This document shows, piece by piece, positions 20,364-31,579 of a stretch of DNA of 64,000 bases. The translations under genes and the position numbers were made by a program. This DNA is from Candidatus Bathyarchaeota archaeon. Lineage in GTDB: Archaea > Thermoproteota > Bathyarchaeia > Bathyarchaeales > Bathycorpusculaceae. Each line of letters opens with the position of its first letter. Position 1 is the stretch's first letter. The notes below the pieces were generated by a model that was not told the origin of the DNA, made no database searches, and saw only the letters and a list, made by a program, of their open reading frames with translations. Location: positions 32,001 to 96,000 of the forward strand of contig CAWHDT010000005.1 of assembly GCA_963828195.1 (NCBI GenBank). Reading direction: 5' to 3'.

Positions 20364-20580
20364 GCGTTACAGCAAATTTTTTTTCTTTTCTTTCGTGTTC
20401 TTTTTTGACGTACCCAAAATGCTCTTAAGTTAAGGCGCTAAATAGCGTGCCAAAATCGTTGGCATTACGTATATAAGTTGGCGCTCAAAATATTAAATTA
20501 GAAGTATCCAGCCATTCGACTTTCGAAACGGCTTGTTTTTGCCAAATCAAAAATCGCTAAAACCGAGGTTACGCAACTTT

Positions 20581-22740
20581 ATGTATGAATCAAACGAATC
20601 TGTTAAGCTTCCTCCGAGGATCGGCAGGTTATCTGAGCTTGCCAATAACCTTTGGTGGAGCTGGCATGAAGAGGGGCGGCAGGTTTTCCGCTCGCTCGAT
20701 TATGCTTTCTGGCGAACCAGTGAACATAACCCAGTTAAGCAGCTGCGAAGCATAAGCATGGAAAAGTTGGAGGCGGCGGCTAGGGACCCTGCTTTTCTGG
20801 AGCAGTACGATGCGGTTATGCAGCGGTTTGATGAAGAAATGATGCGGGGACATGAATGGTGCGGCAAAACGGACCTTGAAAAACCCAATGGGCAAATCGC
20901 TTATTTCTCCGCTGAATACGCCCTCCAAGAGTCGCTGCCCATCTACGCGGGCGGCTTAGGCGTTTTGGCAGGCGACATATGCAAGGAATCTTCAGACCGA
21001 GGGCTTCCGCTGGTTGCAATTGGATTCATGTATCCACAGGGCTACTTTCACCAACGCATCTCGCCTGAAGGAGACCAGCAGGAAGATTACACTCAACTTG
21101 ACTTTGATGACGCCCCCATCTCGCCGTGTGCGTGGCCTGAAAGCTGTGGACCGCAGATTCCGATTCAACTCGCCGACCGCCTGCTGTACGTCAAAGTGTG
21201 GCAGGTAAGGGTTGGCCGCGTTAACTTGTACTTGATGGACACAAATGTTGAAGAAAATAATCCTCAAGACAGAATGTTGTCCGCGCGCCTCTACACAGCT
21301 GACGAAGAAGAACGGCTGCGGCAACTGATCGTTTTAGGCGTGGGCGGAGTGCGAACGCTGCGCGAACTCCACGTGGAACCAGTTGTTTGGCACGCTAACG
21401 AAGACCACACGGCTTTCATGATGCTTGAACGCCTCCGAATAGAACGGGCAAACGGCGCCTCCCTCAGTGAAGCCATCGAAAACGTCCGCAGATGCACAGT
21501 TTTCACAACCCATACCCCTGTTCCCGCGGGGCACCACGTCTTCAGCTTTCAACTGATGGATCATTATTCACGGAACCTTTGGGAATCACTAGGAATCGAC
21601 AGAGAAACTTTCCTTAAGCTGGGGAGGTACGAAGGGTTTGCGCCGGAAAAATTCAATCTAACCGCCTTTGCCCTTCGAATGTCTGGTCAAGCCAACGGCG
21701 TATCTAAACTGCATGGCAAAGTCACCAGGCGAATGTGGCATGTTCTTTGGCCAGATAAACCTGAAGATCAAGTTCCCATAATATCCATAACAAACGGGGT
21801 GCATTTGCCAAGTTGGCAAGCCCCTGAAATTAAGGAGCTCTGCGAAAAACATCTGGGTCCAGAATGTCTGCAGAAGCAGGATGAAGAGGAAATTTGGAAA
21901 TGCGTGGAAGACATACCTGACGAAGAACTGTGGCAGGTGCGGCGGACACTGAAGACGCGGTTGATAAGCACCATTCAGGATCGAGCTCAACGGCGGTGGA
22001 CGCAGGATTCAGCCACCACACAGCAGGTGATCGCTATGGGTTCCCTTCTTGACCCCTACGCTTTAACAGTGGCTTTTGCACGTCGATTCACCGAGTACAA
22101 GCGGCCTTACCTCATTGTATCCGACATTGAACGACTCAAACGCATAGTAACAAACCCCGTGAGACCCGTGCAGATAATTTTCGCGGGCAAATCACACCCA
22201 GCGGACTGGCAGTCAAAGCAGCTTCTTAAACAGGTTTACCGCGTAGTTTTGGACAGGGGATTTCAAGGTCGCATCGCCTTCGTCGAAGACTATGACCTTG
22301 ATGTGGCAAGGGAGCTTGTGCGGGGCGTTGATGTTTGGCTTAACATGCCACGGCGGCTTCAGGAGGCGTGTGGGACAAGCGGGATGAAGGCTTCGATGAA
22401 TGGAGTAATCAACTTTAGCGTTCGCGACGGATGGTGGGATGAAGCATACAACGGCAAAAACGGGTGGGCAATCGGCGATTCACAGGTAAGCAGTCCTGAA
22501 GAAGAAGATAGAAAAGACGCTGAGTCATTCTATAACTTGCTTGAAAACGAAATCGCGCCGCTCTACTACGACTTAGACCGCAGGGGCATACCGCACCAGT
22601 GGATAAAAATCGTTAAAGAAGCCATAAAAACCATCACCCCAGCTTTCAGCGCCTGCCAAATGATGAAAGAATACACGCAGGAAATGTACTTGTCTGCTGC
22701 CGGACAGCAAGTGCAAAAAAATAATCTGGCGGAGGGATAA
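20581..22740 (+). CDS. glgP: Alpha-glucan (glycogen/maltodextrin) phosphorylase
   Basis: NLWWSW, YAGGLGVLAGD, FTTHTP, ITNGVH, ARRFTEYKR, EACGTSGMKA (PLP lysine). Confidence 0.95.
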   Translation: MYESNESVKLPPRIGRLSELANNLWWSWHEEGRQVFRSLDYAFWRTSEHNPVKQLRSISMEKLEAAARDPAFLEQYDAVMQRFDEEMMRGHEWCGKTDLEKPNGQIAYFSAEYALQESLPIYAGGLGVLAGDICKESSDRGLPLVAIGFMYPQGYFHQRISPEGDQQEDYTQLDFDDAPISPCAWPESCGPQIPIQLADRLLYVKVWQVRVGRVNLYLMDTNVEENNPQDRMLSARLYTADEEERLRQLIVLGVGGVRTLRELHVEPVVWHANEDHTAFMMLERLRIERANGASLSEAIENVRRCTVFTTHTPVPAGHHVFSFQLMDHYSRNLWESLGIDRETFLKLGRYEGFAPEKFNLTAFALRMSGQANGVSKLHGKVTRRMWHVLWPDKPEDQVPIISITNGVHLPSWQAPEIKELCEKHLGPECLQKQDEEEIWKCVEDIPDEELWQVRRTLKTRLISTIQDRAQRRWTQDSATTQQVIAMGSLLDPYALTVAFARRFTEYKRPYLIVSDIERLKRIVTNPVRPVQIIFAGKSHPADWQSKQLLKQVYRVVLDRGFQGRIAFVEDYDLDVARELVRGVDVWLNMPRRLQEACGTSGMKASMNGVINFSVRDGWWDEAYNGKNGWAIGDSQVSSPEEEDRKDAESFYNLLENEIAPLYYDLDRRGIPHQWIKIVKEAIKTITPAFSACQMMKEYTQEMYLSAAGQQVQKNNLAEG

Positions 22741-22741
22741 G

Positions 22742-23941
22742 ATGGAGACTCAAAAGAATTTTGCCCAAATGTTTTTTGACGAAGCAGACGCCTTTATGAT
22801 CGCCATCGGCAGCGACGAAATTGTTACCGACGTCAACAAAAAGGCATGTGAAATTCTAGGATATACTCGAGATGAGCTTCGGGGTAAAAACTGGTTTGAC
22901 AATTTTATTCCAGAAGCAAAAAGAGAAGACGCTAAATTTTTTTTCCATGACATGCTAAGCGGGACTCTTCGCCACATCCATTCTGAGCATCCAATCGTCA
23001 CTAAGCAAGGGGATGAACGGGTGTTTAATTTTCACAATGTACTAGTCAGCGACGAAAACGGCAACATTATTGGAACTCTTAGCTCAGGTGAAGAAGTCAC
23101 TGAGCAGAGGCGAAAAGAAAGGCTCTTACAAGAGGCTGAGAACCAACTGAACCTTTCTCTGGATTCCATGCTTGAGGGCTGTCAAATCATCGATTACGAT
23201 TGGCGGTACATCTACGTGAATGAGGCGGCGGCTAAGCAGGGGCGCAAGACGAAAGAGGAGTTGCTTGGTTACACGATGATGCAGGTTTATTTGGGCATAG
23301 ATAGGACGGAAATGTTTAGTCACCTTCGAAACTGCATGACCAACCGTGTTCCCCACCAGATGGATAATGAGTTTCTTTTTTCAGATGGGTCCAAAGGCTG
23401 GTTTGAACTGCACATGGAGCCTGTTCCTGGCGGAGTCTTGATTTTATCGATAGATATCACCAAGGAAAAGGAGGAAGAAGCCGAACTGAACCGGTACCGT
23501 TACAGGCTTGAGGAGGTGGTGGCGCAGCGCACCGCTGAATATGCAAAGGCAAACGAGGAGCTGAACCGGGAAATTCAGGAGCATCAAAAGATGGAGGAAG
23601 GGCTCAAACTGAGAGCAACAATTCTGGATAACGTGAGAGAAGCCATTTTTCTCGTGAACATTAAGGGAGATTTTGCCTACGCAAACGAGGCTGCGTTGAA
23701 AGCATACGGCTATAGCCTTGATGAATTCCTCAACATGAATATTCGTTCACTGCTTCATCCTGAAGACGTGCACTCATTCGAGGTGCTTCTGAAAAATATC
23801 GTTGAAAAAACACAGACCACCCCCGAAATGGTTCACGTGCGCAAAGACAAATCCTTAATGACGGTAAAGATACACAGCAGCTTGGTAAAAACAATGCATG
23901 GCAGATTCATCGTTCTTGTTGTCCGGGAAGTCGCAGCTTAA
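22742..23941 (+). CDS. Multi-PAS sensor protein without a recognisable output domain
   Basis: Three PAS units (N..ACEILGY; NEAA...LLG; NEAA..YGY) and a coiled coil; no H-box or ATPase domain. Confidence 0.8.
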   Translation: METQKNFAQMFFDEADAFMIAIGSDEIVTDVNKKACEILGYTRDELRGKNWFDNFIPEAKREDAKFFFHDMLSGTLRHIHSEHPIVTKQGDERVFNFHNVLVSDENGNIIGTLSSGEEVTEQRRKERLLQEAENQLNLSLDSMLEGCQIIDYDWRYIYVNEAAAKQGRKTKEELLGYTMMQVYLGIDRTEMFSHLRNCMTNRVPHQMDNEFLFSDGSKGWFELHMEPVPGGVLILSIDITKEKEEEAELNRYRYRLEEVVAQRTAEYAKANEELNREIQEHQKMEEGLKLRATILDNVREAIFLVNIKGDFAYANEAALKAYGYSLDEFLNMNIRSLLHPEDVHSFEVLLKNIVEKTQTTPEMVHVRKDKSLMTVKIHSSLVKTMHGRFIVLVVREVAA

Positions 23942-25395
23942 TATTTTATTATGAGCATTGTGCCGTTTCCGCTTGTCAATGCGTAGACGATGGTTACGTT
24001 AGAAGGGTTAGTTCCCGAATTAACCAGAGAGGACTGAGAATTAGCGTATTCTGCATGGTTTTGATTGGAGTTAGAAACCTGATTTAGAGACGCTTGACCA
24101 GTCGAGGAAAGAACCTGAAGGTTTGGGTTTTGCAAACTGTATATTTGCTCGATTGTCGGGTTAAAAGTCATATTGGTGCTGACCAATATTATGTGGTCGC
24201 CCAATGAATCGGTGCTTAAGCCTTTAACGTAAGTTGCTCCGCCCGCCAGCACATTTTTCGGCGTAACGTACCCTGATTGCAGGTTAACTAAAGCGTAAGT
24301 GGTTGTGATCCCCGCCACAATTATTATGCAGGTAAGCATGACTGCAACTATTAGTTTGCTAGGTTTGAGTCTTTTTGGTTTGGCTGATGTTAATTTATGT
24401 ATGTTGCTTAAACGCAAATCTATTTTCGGGTGACCTGAAAGTATTTGCGGTCGATGAATAATTGGTGATGATATAAGAAGATTTGAGGTTAAACTAATTA
24501 ATTTGTTTTCGCCGGGCAGGTTTTGAAGAGCCTTGGTGATTTTTGTCAATGCGATTGCTAAGCTTTCCGGTTTCTGCAAAAGTTTTGCTCCGTTTTCGTC
24601 CGCCAGCATTTCTCTTTCCCGTTGACTATTGAAAAACGCAAAGTATGCTAGAGGATTGAAGAATGAAATAACCGTTAAAGAGTTTGAGATGGTTTTAAAA
24701 AGGAAATCGTGGTTTTTGACGTGAGCAAGTTCGTGAGAGGCTACTGCCAATAATTCCTCTTTATTTAAAACATTTAAAATTCCCACGGTGAAAACAAGTT
24801 TTGCTCTGCGTCCATTTCCCAAGATGAATGCATTTGGGCGCAGGTCTTCAACGAGGGCAACTTGCGGACTTGAAATAGATAGTTTCTTGGAGATTTCAGC
24901 TACTTCTTTTTGAAGCCAGCCGTACTCGTTTGAGTCTAAGTTGATTACGTTTAGAAGTTTTGAGGCTAACCAATTACCCATACTAATTGTTGTGACCGCG
25001 TAGATGCCTCCTATTGCCAAGCCTGCTAAGCAGATAATTCCCGTTATTGACAGAATCGAATTTGTCGAATAACCCACTACTGTAACCATAGTTTGTGCCA
25101 AGGACGGTTGAAAACGGAACGGGTTTAAAAACGCGAGTCCTTGGGGAACAGGCATGTTGAAGGAACCGATTAAATGGTAAGAAATCGCTTGTATTACAGT
25201 TTTAGGCGGGAACGAAAACATTACGAAGAGTGGTGCAGCTAAGGGAATTAGGTAAATCAAGCTTTTGGTTTTGCTGCCTATAAATGGGCAACATTTTACG
25301 ACTATTTTTATGCAAACAAACGATATTGTTAATGCTATGATGGAGTAGTAAAAGTAGGGTTGAAAGACCTGAACAAATAAGTCTTCAAAGCTCAC
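23938..25395 (-). CDS. BlaR1/M56-M48-like membrane metallopeptidase
   Basis: PNAF, HELAH, REMLAD, HP...RL; TM helices; follows a BlaI-type gene. Confidence 0.85.
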   Translation of the reverse strand: MSFEDLFVQVFQPYFYYSIIALTISFVCIKIVVKCCPFIGSKTKSLIYLIPLAAPLFVMFSFPPKTVIQAISYHLIGSFNMPVPQGLAFLNPFRFQPSLAQTMVTVVGYSTNSILSITGIICLAGLAIGGIYAVTTISMGNWLASKLLNVINLDSNEYGWLQKEVAEISKKLSISSPQVALVEDLRPNAFILGNGRRAKLVFTVGILNVLNKEELLAVASHELAHVKNHDFLFKTISNSLTVISFFNPLAYFAFFNSQREREMLADENGAKLLQKPESLAIALTKITKALQNLPGENKLISLTSNLLISSPIIHRPQILSGHPKIDLRLSNIHKLTSAKPKRLKPSKLIVAVMLTCIIIVAGITTTYALVNLQSGYVTPKNVLAGGATYVKGLSTDSLGDHIILVSTNMTFNPTIEQIYSLQNPNLQVLSSTGQASLNQVSNSNQNHAEYANSQSSLVNSGTNPSNVTIVYALTSGNGTMLIIKY

Positions 25396-25425
25396 TTTAA
25401 CCGCCCCTTCGAATTATCCTATTTT

Positions 25426-25869
25426 TTATTTCCTTTTTATTTTGTTAAGTTGCTCTTGGAGTACGGTGCGTTCTTTTTCATCCATATTAGCTTCTTCAAT
25501 TAAACAGCTAGTTACTGCTTCGCCGAAATTACCGATTAAGCTTGCGAGAACCTCTCTTACCGCTGATTTTTGAAAGCTTATTTTTTCAAGTTTAGGCCAG
25601 TAAACATAGTAGAGTCCGCCTCTGCCTTTTTCTATTTTCCTGTCAAGTAAGCCTTTCTCGAAAAGTCTATCCATGGTTGACATGACGGTTGTGTAAGCTA
25701 TTTTTTTGCTTTTGTTTAAGGCAGCGTAGATTTCTCTGACTGTTATGGGCGCTTTTTTTGAACCCCATATTGCCTCCATGATGTTGGATTCCAGTGGACC
25801 AAGAAAGGCTTCTAATGCTTTGCCATCTATGTTGTATTGTGAGAACCCTGGTTTTATCTCTTCAGTCAT
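25426..25869 (-). CDS. BlaI/MecI/CopY-family repressor
   Basis: LGPLE..IME.IW, AYTTVMSTMDRL.EKG. Confidence 0.9.
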   Translation of the reverse strand: MTEEIKPGFSQYNIDGKALEAFLGPLESNIMEAIWGSKKAPITVREIYAALNKSKKIAYTTVMSTMDRLFEKGLLDRKIEKGRGGLYYVYWPKLEKISFQKSAVREVLASLIGNFGEAVTSCLIEEANMDEKERTVLQEQLNKIKRK

Positions 25870-25983
25870 AGCTTCAGATCACCATACTATCATCTATAGT
25901 AGCTCTTTAAGCTTTCGAAAAAAACGCTCACCATTTCCTTAACCTGAATTTACAAAAAAAGAAAAATTAGAAACTTGCCATTT

Positions 25984-27274
25984 CTAAGAGGACGTTCCGG
26001 AGCCGCTGCTGGGAGCAGGTCTCGCGCCTAGCACTACTGATATGTTCTGGGTTTGATTGTTTTGAACAATTGTCACGCTGATGGTTTGTCCGGGGAGCGT
26101 GTTTTCTTCAAGATATGTTGACAGGTCATCTGAGTTTCGGATTCTTGAACCGTTGATAGCTGTGATAACGTCGCCGCCTGTGGTTAAGGTATTGCCGTCA
26201 ATTGTTGCTTGTGTGGTGCCGCCTTTGAGACCTGCGTTGGCTGCGGGTCCACCGCTTGTTACTGATTGGATCAGAACTCCGTATGTTACGTCGATTCCTG
26301 ATTGGGTCGCGATGTCATAGGACATGTCCACTCCAGTTAGGCCTAAGTACGGGTGCTGGGTGTAGACTCCAGTAGTGGCTAAATCCGCAACTTCCCGCAG
26401 TATAGTGTCTGAAGGGATTGCGAAGCCTAAGCCTTGTGAGTCATCCACAACAGCTGTTGTTATGCCGATGACTTGACCTTCGTAGTTGAGTAGCGGGCCG
26501 CCTGAGTTACCTGGGTTTATAGCCGTGCTTGTTTGGATGATGTCAGCGATGTCGTACCCGTTTGTGGTGTCTTCTGTAATGGTTCTGCCTAACGCGCTGA
26601 TTATGCCTGTGGTCATTGAGCCTGTTAATCCGTAGGGGCTGCCGATGGCTATGACTGGGTCTCCGACTTGTAGGCTTGATGAGTTGGTGACTGTTAGCGG
26701 CACTAGTTCGCTTTGTGGCGCATTAGTTGAAAGTACTGCCTAGGTCTGAATAGGGATCTGAGCCAAGCACTGTGCCTGGGTATGTGTTTCCATCTTGGAA
26801 GGTGATTGTGATGTTTACGCCGCCATCAATCACGTGGTAGTTTGTAACGATGATTTCTTGACTGTTAAGGTCATAGACAAATCCGGAACCTTGGACTTGC
26901 GAATAATAGACCTGATTGAATAAGTCTGTTTCCGGTTGGAAGTCCTCAACAACGACCACTGACGGGGACACCAGCTGGTATATCTGCGAAAGCGAAGCGT
27001 TTGCTGGTAATGTCTCGTCAGTTTGCGTTGTTGACGAAGTTGTGCTTGATTGTTCATTTACTGCGGTTGGGGTTTGGTTTTGCTGATTGTTTGTGGAGGC
27101 ATTTGAGTGAGCTATGTAATATCCGCCTATTCCAGCTGCTAAGGTGGAAACTATAAGTATGGTGATTATGAAAATGGCAAGTTTGGTTTTTTGGGGTTTT
27201 TGGGTTGGGTTTTCCGTTGTTTTATCTCCTTGCAAGTTGTGTTGAGCTACTATCTTTGGTAGTAGCATGACCAT
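25984..27274 (-). pseudogene. htrA: HtrA/DegP-like trypsin-PDZ protease split by a +1 frameshift at about 26739
   Basis: GSGFV / TNYHV / D in 26723..27274; [11 protein letters not shown] and PDZ domain in 25984..26703; removing one G restores [17 protein letters not shown]. Confidence 0.85.
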
Positions 27275-27449
27275 ATAAACATTACTGTTTATGCCGCACG
27301 CGATCTTTTTCGTCCACTAAAAGACGGTCCTCGAAGGGCTCAATAAACAGGGATGGTCTACAATGACGATGTTAGTTCTGATAGCAGCTACTACCTTAAA
27401 TAGTAGCAGTATGCAATAGATAGACAAGAACAAACTCGAAGGCATAAAC

Positions 27450-27782
27450 ATGTTTAACACCAATCTACCAATAAGGCAATTACTTGGGTGGCTTATCACT
27501 GGAACAAAAGGCGGCAAAACCCGGGCACAAATAATCAAAGCACTAAAAAAGAGCCCCCAAAACACAAATCAACTAGCAACACTCCTCAAAGTAAACTACA
27601 AAACAATCAGGCATCACCTGGAGATTCTGGAGAAAAACAAATTAATCATCTCCGCTGGAGGGCACTACTCTACAGCCTTCTTCCTCTCTGAATTGATGGA
27701 GGAAAACTATGGATTATTCCAAGAAATAACATGCAAAACTGATGATGCAAAAAGAAGACCAATTCGTGTTATACAAAAATAA
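27450..27782 (+). CDS. ArsR-family wHTH regulator
   Basis: WLITGTKGG.TR..II, NQLA..L.VNYKTIRHHL. Confidence 0.85.
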   Translation: MFNTNLPIRQLLGWLITGTKGGKTRAQIIKALKKSPQNTNQLATLLKVNYKTIRHHLEILEKNKLIISAGGHYSTAFFLSELMEENYGLFQEITCKTDDAKRRPIRVIQK

Positions 27783-28122
27783 CACTCAAACTTTTTTTTA
27801 ACTTACCTTAATTGGTCGTAATCCTTAATAACAAAATATCGCCCCGTACATTTGAAGATGAAGTAAAATGCCGAACTTTGAAATACGCTGTCCAAAATGC
27901 AGTTCACAAGCGGTAGAAAAAACTACGAATCAAGAGTTTCACTGCAGCAACTGTGGTGAAATATTTTATTTTGTTACCCCAAAATGCGGTTCCCCTGATC
28001 TTGAAAGATACAAACTTTAACGCTGACGTCAAGGCTTTTCTTATAGTTCTTTTTTGGTTTTTTGTTGGTTTGTAATTGGAGGAAATTTTTAAATGTATTC
28101 ATATTAGTAGGGAATACTTAGC

Positions 28123-28638
28123 ATGTGCGGAAGCCGGATGTTTGGAAATCAACAAGGAATGCGTCGGCGGTTGCAGGAAATAATTGAGAACTTCCGCCAG
28201 AAGGGAGCGACCAGCCCAGAAAAAGCCATGACGATTCAGGAATTGGGGTTGCCGCCGCGTTTTGAAGAAGCCATGCATCGAAGACTTGGCCAATCAGGAA
28301 TTTTTGTAGAAACAAACGGCAAATACTACCTGAATGAAGAACGGCTTAAACAAATCGAGGAGCAACGTGCCAAAATTGGTTCAGGAGGCGGCACGAATAG
28401 ATCTGGGCCTCCTAGTTGGTATCGTGCTGTCGGGATTTTTCTTATGTTGCCCATCGGCATCATCATTGCGTTAGCCCTGTTTTACTTTTTTGTTTACAAG
28501 GGCGGAGGCGGATACTTTCCAGGAGAATTTCTCGTTATTTTGCTAGTTATCGTGTTGATATTGTTTGTAGCGCGAATGTTATTCTGGAGTTCAAGAAGGA
28601 GATATTGGCGTAATCAGTGGGGAGGAACTGGTTACTGA
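28123..28638 (+). CDS. Membrane protein with N-terminal wHTH-like domain
   Basis: GATSPEKA.T..ELGL, GKYYL, two TM helices. Confidence 0.6.
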   Translation: MCGSRMFGNQQGMRRRLQEIIENFRQKGATSPEKAMTIQELGLPPRFEEAMHRRLGQSGIFVETNGKYYLNEERLKQIEEQRAKIGSGGGTNRSGPPSWYRAVGIFLMLPIGIIIALALFYFFVYKGGGGYFPGEFLVILLVIVLILFVARMLFWSSRRRYWRNQWGGTGY

Positions 28639-28715
28639 GCATTCGCTCGACGAATGTTAGCATTTTTCTTTGTTTCTGCCCATTTTTGTGCGGCTGCTAA
28701 AGAATAATAAAACGG

Positions 28716-29981
28716 TTATGGATTATTTTTTGGCTTTAAAACTGCTGTTGCATAGTTTTCTTCTTGAAAGTATTTGTCCGCTGTTTCTATGATGTCTTTT
28801 TTGGATAACGCGCAGATCTTGTCTTTATAATTGATTAGGGCGTTCTGATTGCCGAAATAGATTTCCATGTCAGCTATAATCTCAGGCAAGTGTTGCGGAC
28901 TGTCGATTGCCCTGAATATATCGCCGAGGATCAAGTTTTTGCTTTTTTCCAGTTCATTGTCCTTGATTACTTGGGTCTTTAGCTTTTGAAGTTCCTCTTG
29001 AATAATAATTTGGGTTTGTTTTAGTGACTTGTTTTTGACTGCACAGTTTATGGAAAAGAACCCGTAGTCCAAACCAGACGCGTTAATCGACGTAAAGTCG
29101 TAGGTAAGGGCTCTTTTCTCCCGCAATTCCTTAAACAGCCTCGAGCTTTCTCCCACGCCCAAAATTGCGCTTATAAGATCCAAAGCTGGAGTGTCAACGT
29201 CTTTTGCCGAGCAAGTTCTAAAACCAAAACTGAGGTAGGCTTGAGTTAAACCAGATTTTTCGATTATTGCTTCTTTTTTAGGTTTGCCTTCCTCGATTTT
29301 TCTGCTGACCCTCGGAGCTGCATTGCAGTTTTCTCTATTCGCGTAGTTCTGGAGTACTTCTTCTGCTTCTTTTTCTGAAAATTTTCCAGTAAGTATCAAT
29401 ACCATGTTGCTGGGGGTGTAATGGGTTTGATGAGCTTTTTCTATCTCGGCAAGTGAAATCTGATTAACTGTTTTTTTTAAGCCCAAAACGGGATTTTTTA
29501 CCGGGTGATGCTTGAAGAGGCATTTGAGCAGGGTCTCTCCGCTTTTTTCTTGCGGATCATCAGCGTTTTCTGCAATCTCATTCAGTATTACCTTGCGTTC
29601 AAGCTCAAGCTTGCCGCTGTCAAACGCAGAATCGAAAAGCAACCCTGAAAGAACCCTTGAAGCGTGAGCTAACCTTTCTGGAAACACATCCACCGAGGTA
29701 AAAGTCGATTCCTCAGATGTTTCAAAATATGAACATCCGCCTAATTTTTCAATTTCATTATGAAGATTTATTCTACTCTGGGAACCTCCGACGGTCATGT
29801 GCTCAAGAAAATGAGCCAGTCCACAGCTGCTTTCAGAATCATCGTTTGAGCCATATTCAATCGCAACTGACAATTGCGTGGTTAACCCAGAAGGTTTGGG
29901 AAACAGCAAGACTCTCAAACCATTTGGCAACATCTGTCGTTTCCACGTCAAGTTATTGTTCATAGCAAGACAGAGGTTCAA
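28716..29981 (-). CDS. M16-family zinc peptidase
   Basis: LPNGLRV, inverted HFLEH motif, SSRLF.ELREK. Confidence 0.92.
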   Translation of the reverse strand: MNLCLAMNNNLTWKRQMLPNGLRVLLFPKPSGLTTQLSVAIEYGSNDDSESSCGLAHFLEHMTVGGSQSRINLHNEIEKLGGCSYFETSEESTFTSVDVFPERLAHASRVLSGLLFDSAFDSGKLELERKVILNEIAENADDPQEKSGETLLKCLFKHHPVKNPVLGLKKTVNQISLAEIEKAHQTHYTPSNMVLILTGKFSEKEAEEVLQNYANRENCNAAPRVSRKIEEGKPKKEAIIEKSGLTQAYLSFGFRTCSAKDVDTPALDLISAILGVGESSRLFKELREKRALTYDFTSINASGLDYGFFSINCAVKNKSLKQTQIIIQEELQKLKTQVIKDNELEKSKNLILGDIFRAIDSPQHLPEIIADMEIYFGNQNALINYKDKICALSKKDIIETADKYFQEENYATAVLKPKNNP

Positions 29982-30248
29982 GGGTCTAAAAAACCTTAGT
30001 TTGCCATCAATGAATAAGGCTACTGTGCCAAAAATAATGATATTTAACCTGATTGAAGGAGGATAAAACGCAATTCAGGGAGCTCGAGGAATAGGCGAAA
30101 AAATAATAAGCCCCGACGGGAAAGCCACTCTACGTGCGAATATGTACTTTTTCAGTTATGAGCTAAAACATGAAGGGAATAGTGCCTCAGTAATGCAGCG
30201 GCATACTATTATTTGTGAGAAATATACAATAAAGAAGTCGGAGAGGCT

Positions 30249-30635
30249 TTGGCCGTGGAAGTAGAAAACGTGTTCAAAATAGCGGTGACCTGTTCTAGAG
30301 TTTGCGAGTTCTTGACGAGCAAGAGTTGGGAATTCCAAGGAAAGGATGAGGAAATGGAGATGGACTTGTTCAGAAACAAGAAGACTGGACAGCAGGTGTT
30401 CGTCGTGGACATTTCGGAGGAGTTTCCAGTGACCTTTCTTATGGGCGAGCTTAGCATGTCGGAGTTCAGTATCATTGCTAGTGAATTGACGCCGGATATC
30501 CAGTTACTGGAAGTTGACAGTAGTTGGGAAGGTAAACCGACGACCATCGTGGTCGCTATGACAGAAGAGCAAGTTAGGAACATGTTCGGCAGAAGAACGA
30601 AGATGAGAAAGCTTGTAGTTCATGGCGTCGCATGA
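30249..30635 (+). CDS. Hypothetical protein
   Basis: GGAGAGG upstream of TTG; 128 aa. Confidence 0.55.
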   Translation: MAVEVENVFKIAVTCSRVCEFLTSKSWEFQGKDEEMEMDLFRNKKTGQQVFVVDISEEFPVTFLMGELSMSEFSIIASELTPDIQLLEVDSSWEGKPTTIVVAMTEEQVRNMFGRRTKMRKLVVHGVA

Positions 30636-30750
30636 GCGCCTACTATGTTTGACACTTCTTTCATACCATCATCTACAAGGTCGCAAGAACCGCACGCTCT
30701 TAAAAGTCAAGACCCTATATGGTAACCATCAATCGTTTGGATGATAGAAA

Positions 30751-31413
30751 ATGGGATTAATAAGCTCCATTACGGTGCGGCTGCTTAGCGCACAACCATT
30801 TGAAATGCAAGCACTTGACACACTAGCAGAGAGCATGAAAGCAACTTCAATCCTCAAAAAAGATAGGTTCCACCGCTATTACAAATCGAGTATTCTTCCC
30901 ATCCCTTGCTTAGCCTACTCTGACGCGCTTGTCTTTAACTCCAATTATTACCAAATCCTTTCGACTGATGAGGTTCTTGCTATTGGCGCCCACGAATTTA
31001 ATCACATAGCAAAAAGGCATATTGCAAAGAGGTTACCTCGAACGGTTCTTCCCGCTGCAGTGCTTGCTGTAGTGATAGGTTACCTGCTTTTTATCAACTC
31101 TGCTTCATTTCTGTTCATTGCATCGGCAGTGGTTCTGTCTTTCTTTTTCTTTTTGTTTGGTTCCTATTATGTTAACGCTAAATTTTTTAGAAAACAAGAA
31201 ACTGAATCTGACTTAAGTGCCGTCGAGTTTGTTAATGGAGCTGCCATGATATCTGCCCTGGCTAGGCTTCGCCCACAAAAAACAAGTTGGCTTTCTAAAT
31301 TGATGCCGCATACCCACCCAACTATAGAGCAAAGAATACATGGTATTCAAGCCGTTGCGGGCACCAAAAATTCATTTACCTTTACTATTACTTTTGGTGA
31401 TGACGCGCGTTAG
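30751..31413 (+). CDS. M48-family metallopeptidase
   Basis: HEFNH, QE.ESD, THP..EQRI. Confidence 0.85.
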   Translation: MGLISSITVRLLSAQPFEMQALDTLAESMKATSILKKDRFHRYYKSSILPIPCLAYSDALVFNSNYYQILSTDEVLAIGAHEFNHIAKRHIAKRLPRTVLPAAVLAVVIGYLLFINSASFLFIASAVVLSFFFFLFGSYYVNAKFFRKQETESDLSAVEFVNGAAMISALARLRPQKTSWLSKLMPHTHPTIEQRIHGIQAVAGTKNSFTFTITFGDDAR

Positions 31414-31579
31414 CGCATGCTCCAGGCTATTCTGAGTTCGCCCCTTCATCCAAAAATATGCCGTAAAACAATAGCTTCGGCTATGTCTGCTCGACATACC
31501 TCTTTTTGAATTTACGCTTAAATACTCGATCGCTCCCAAACGATAATTAACATTCGCACAGCAGTTTGGTAATGTTAAA

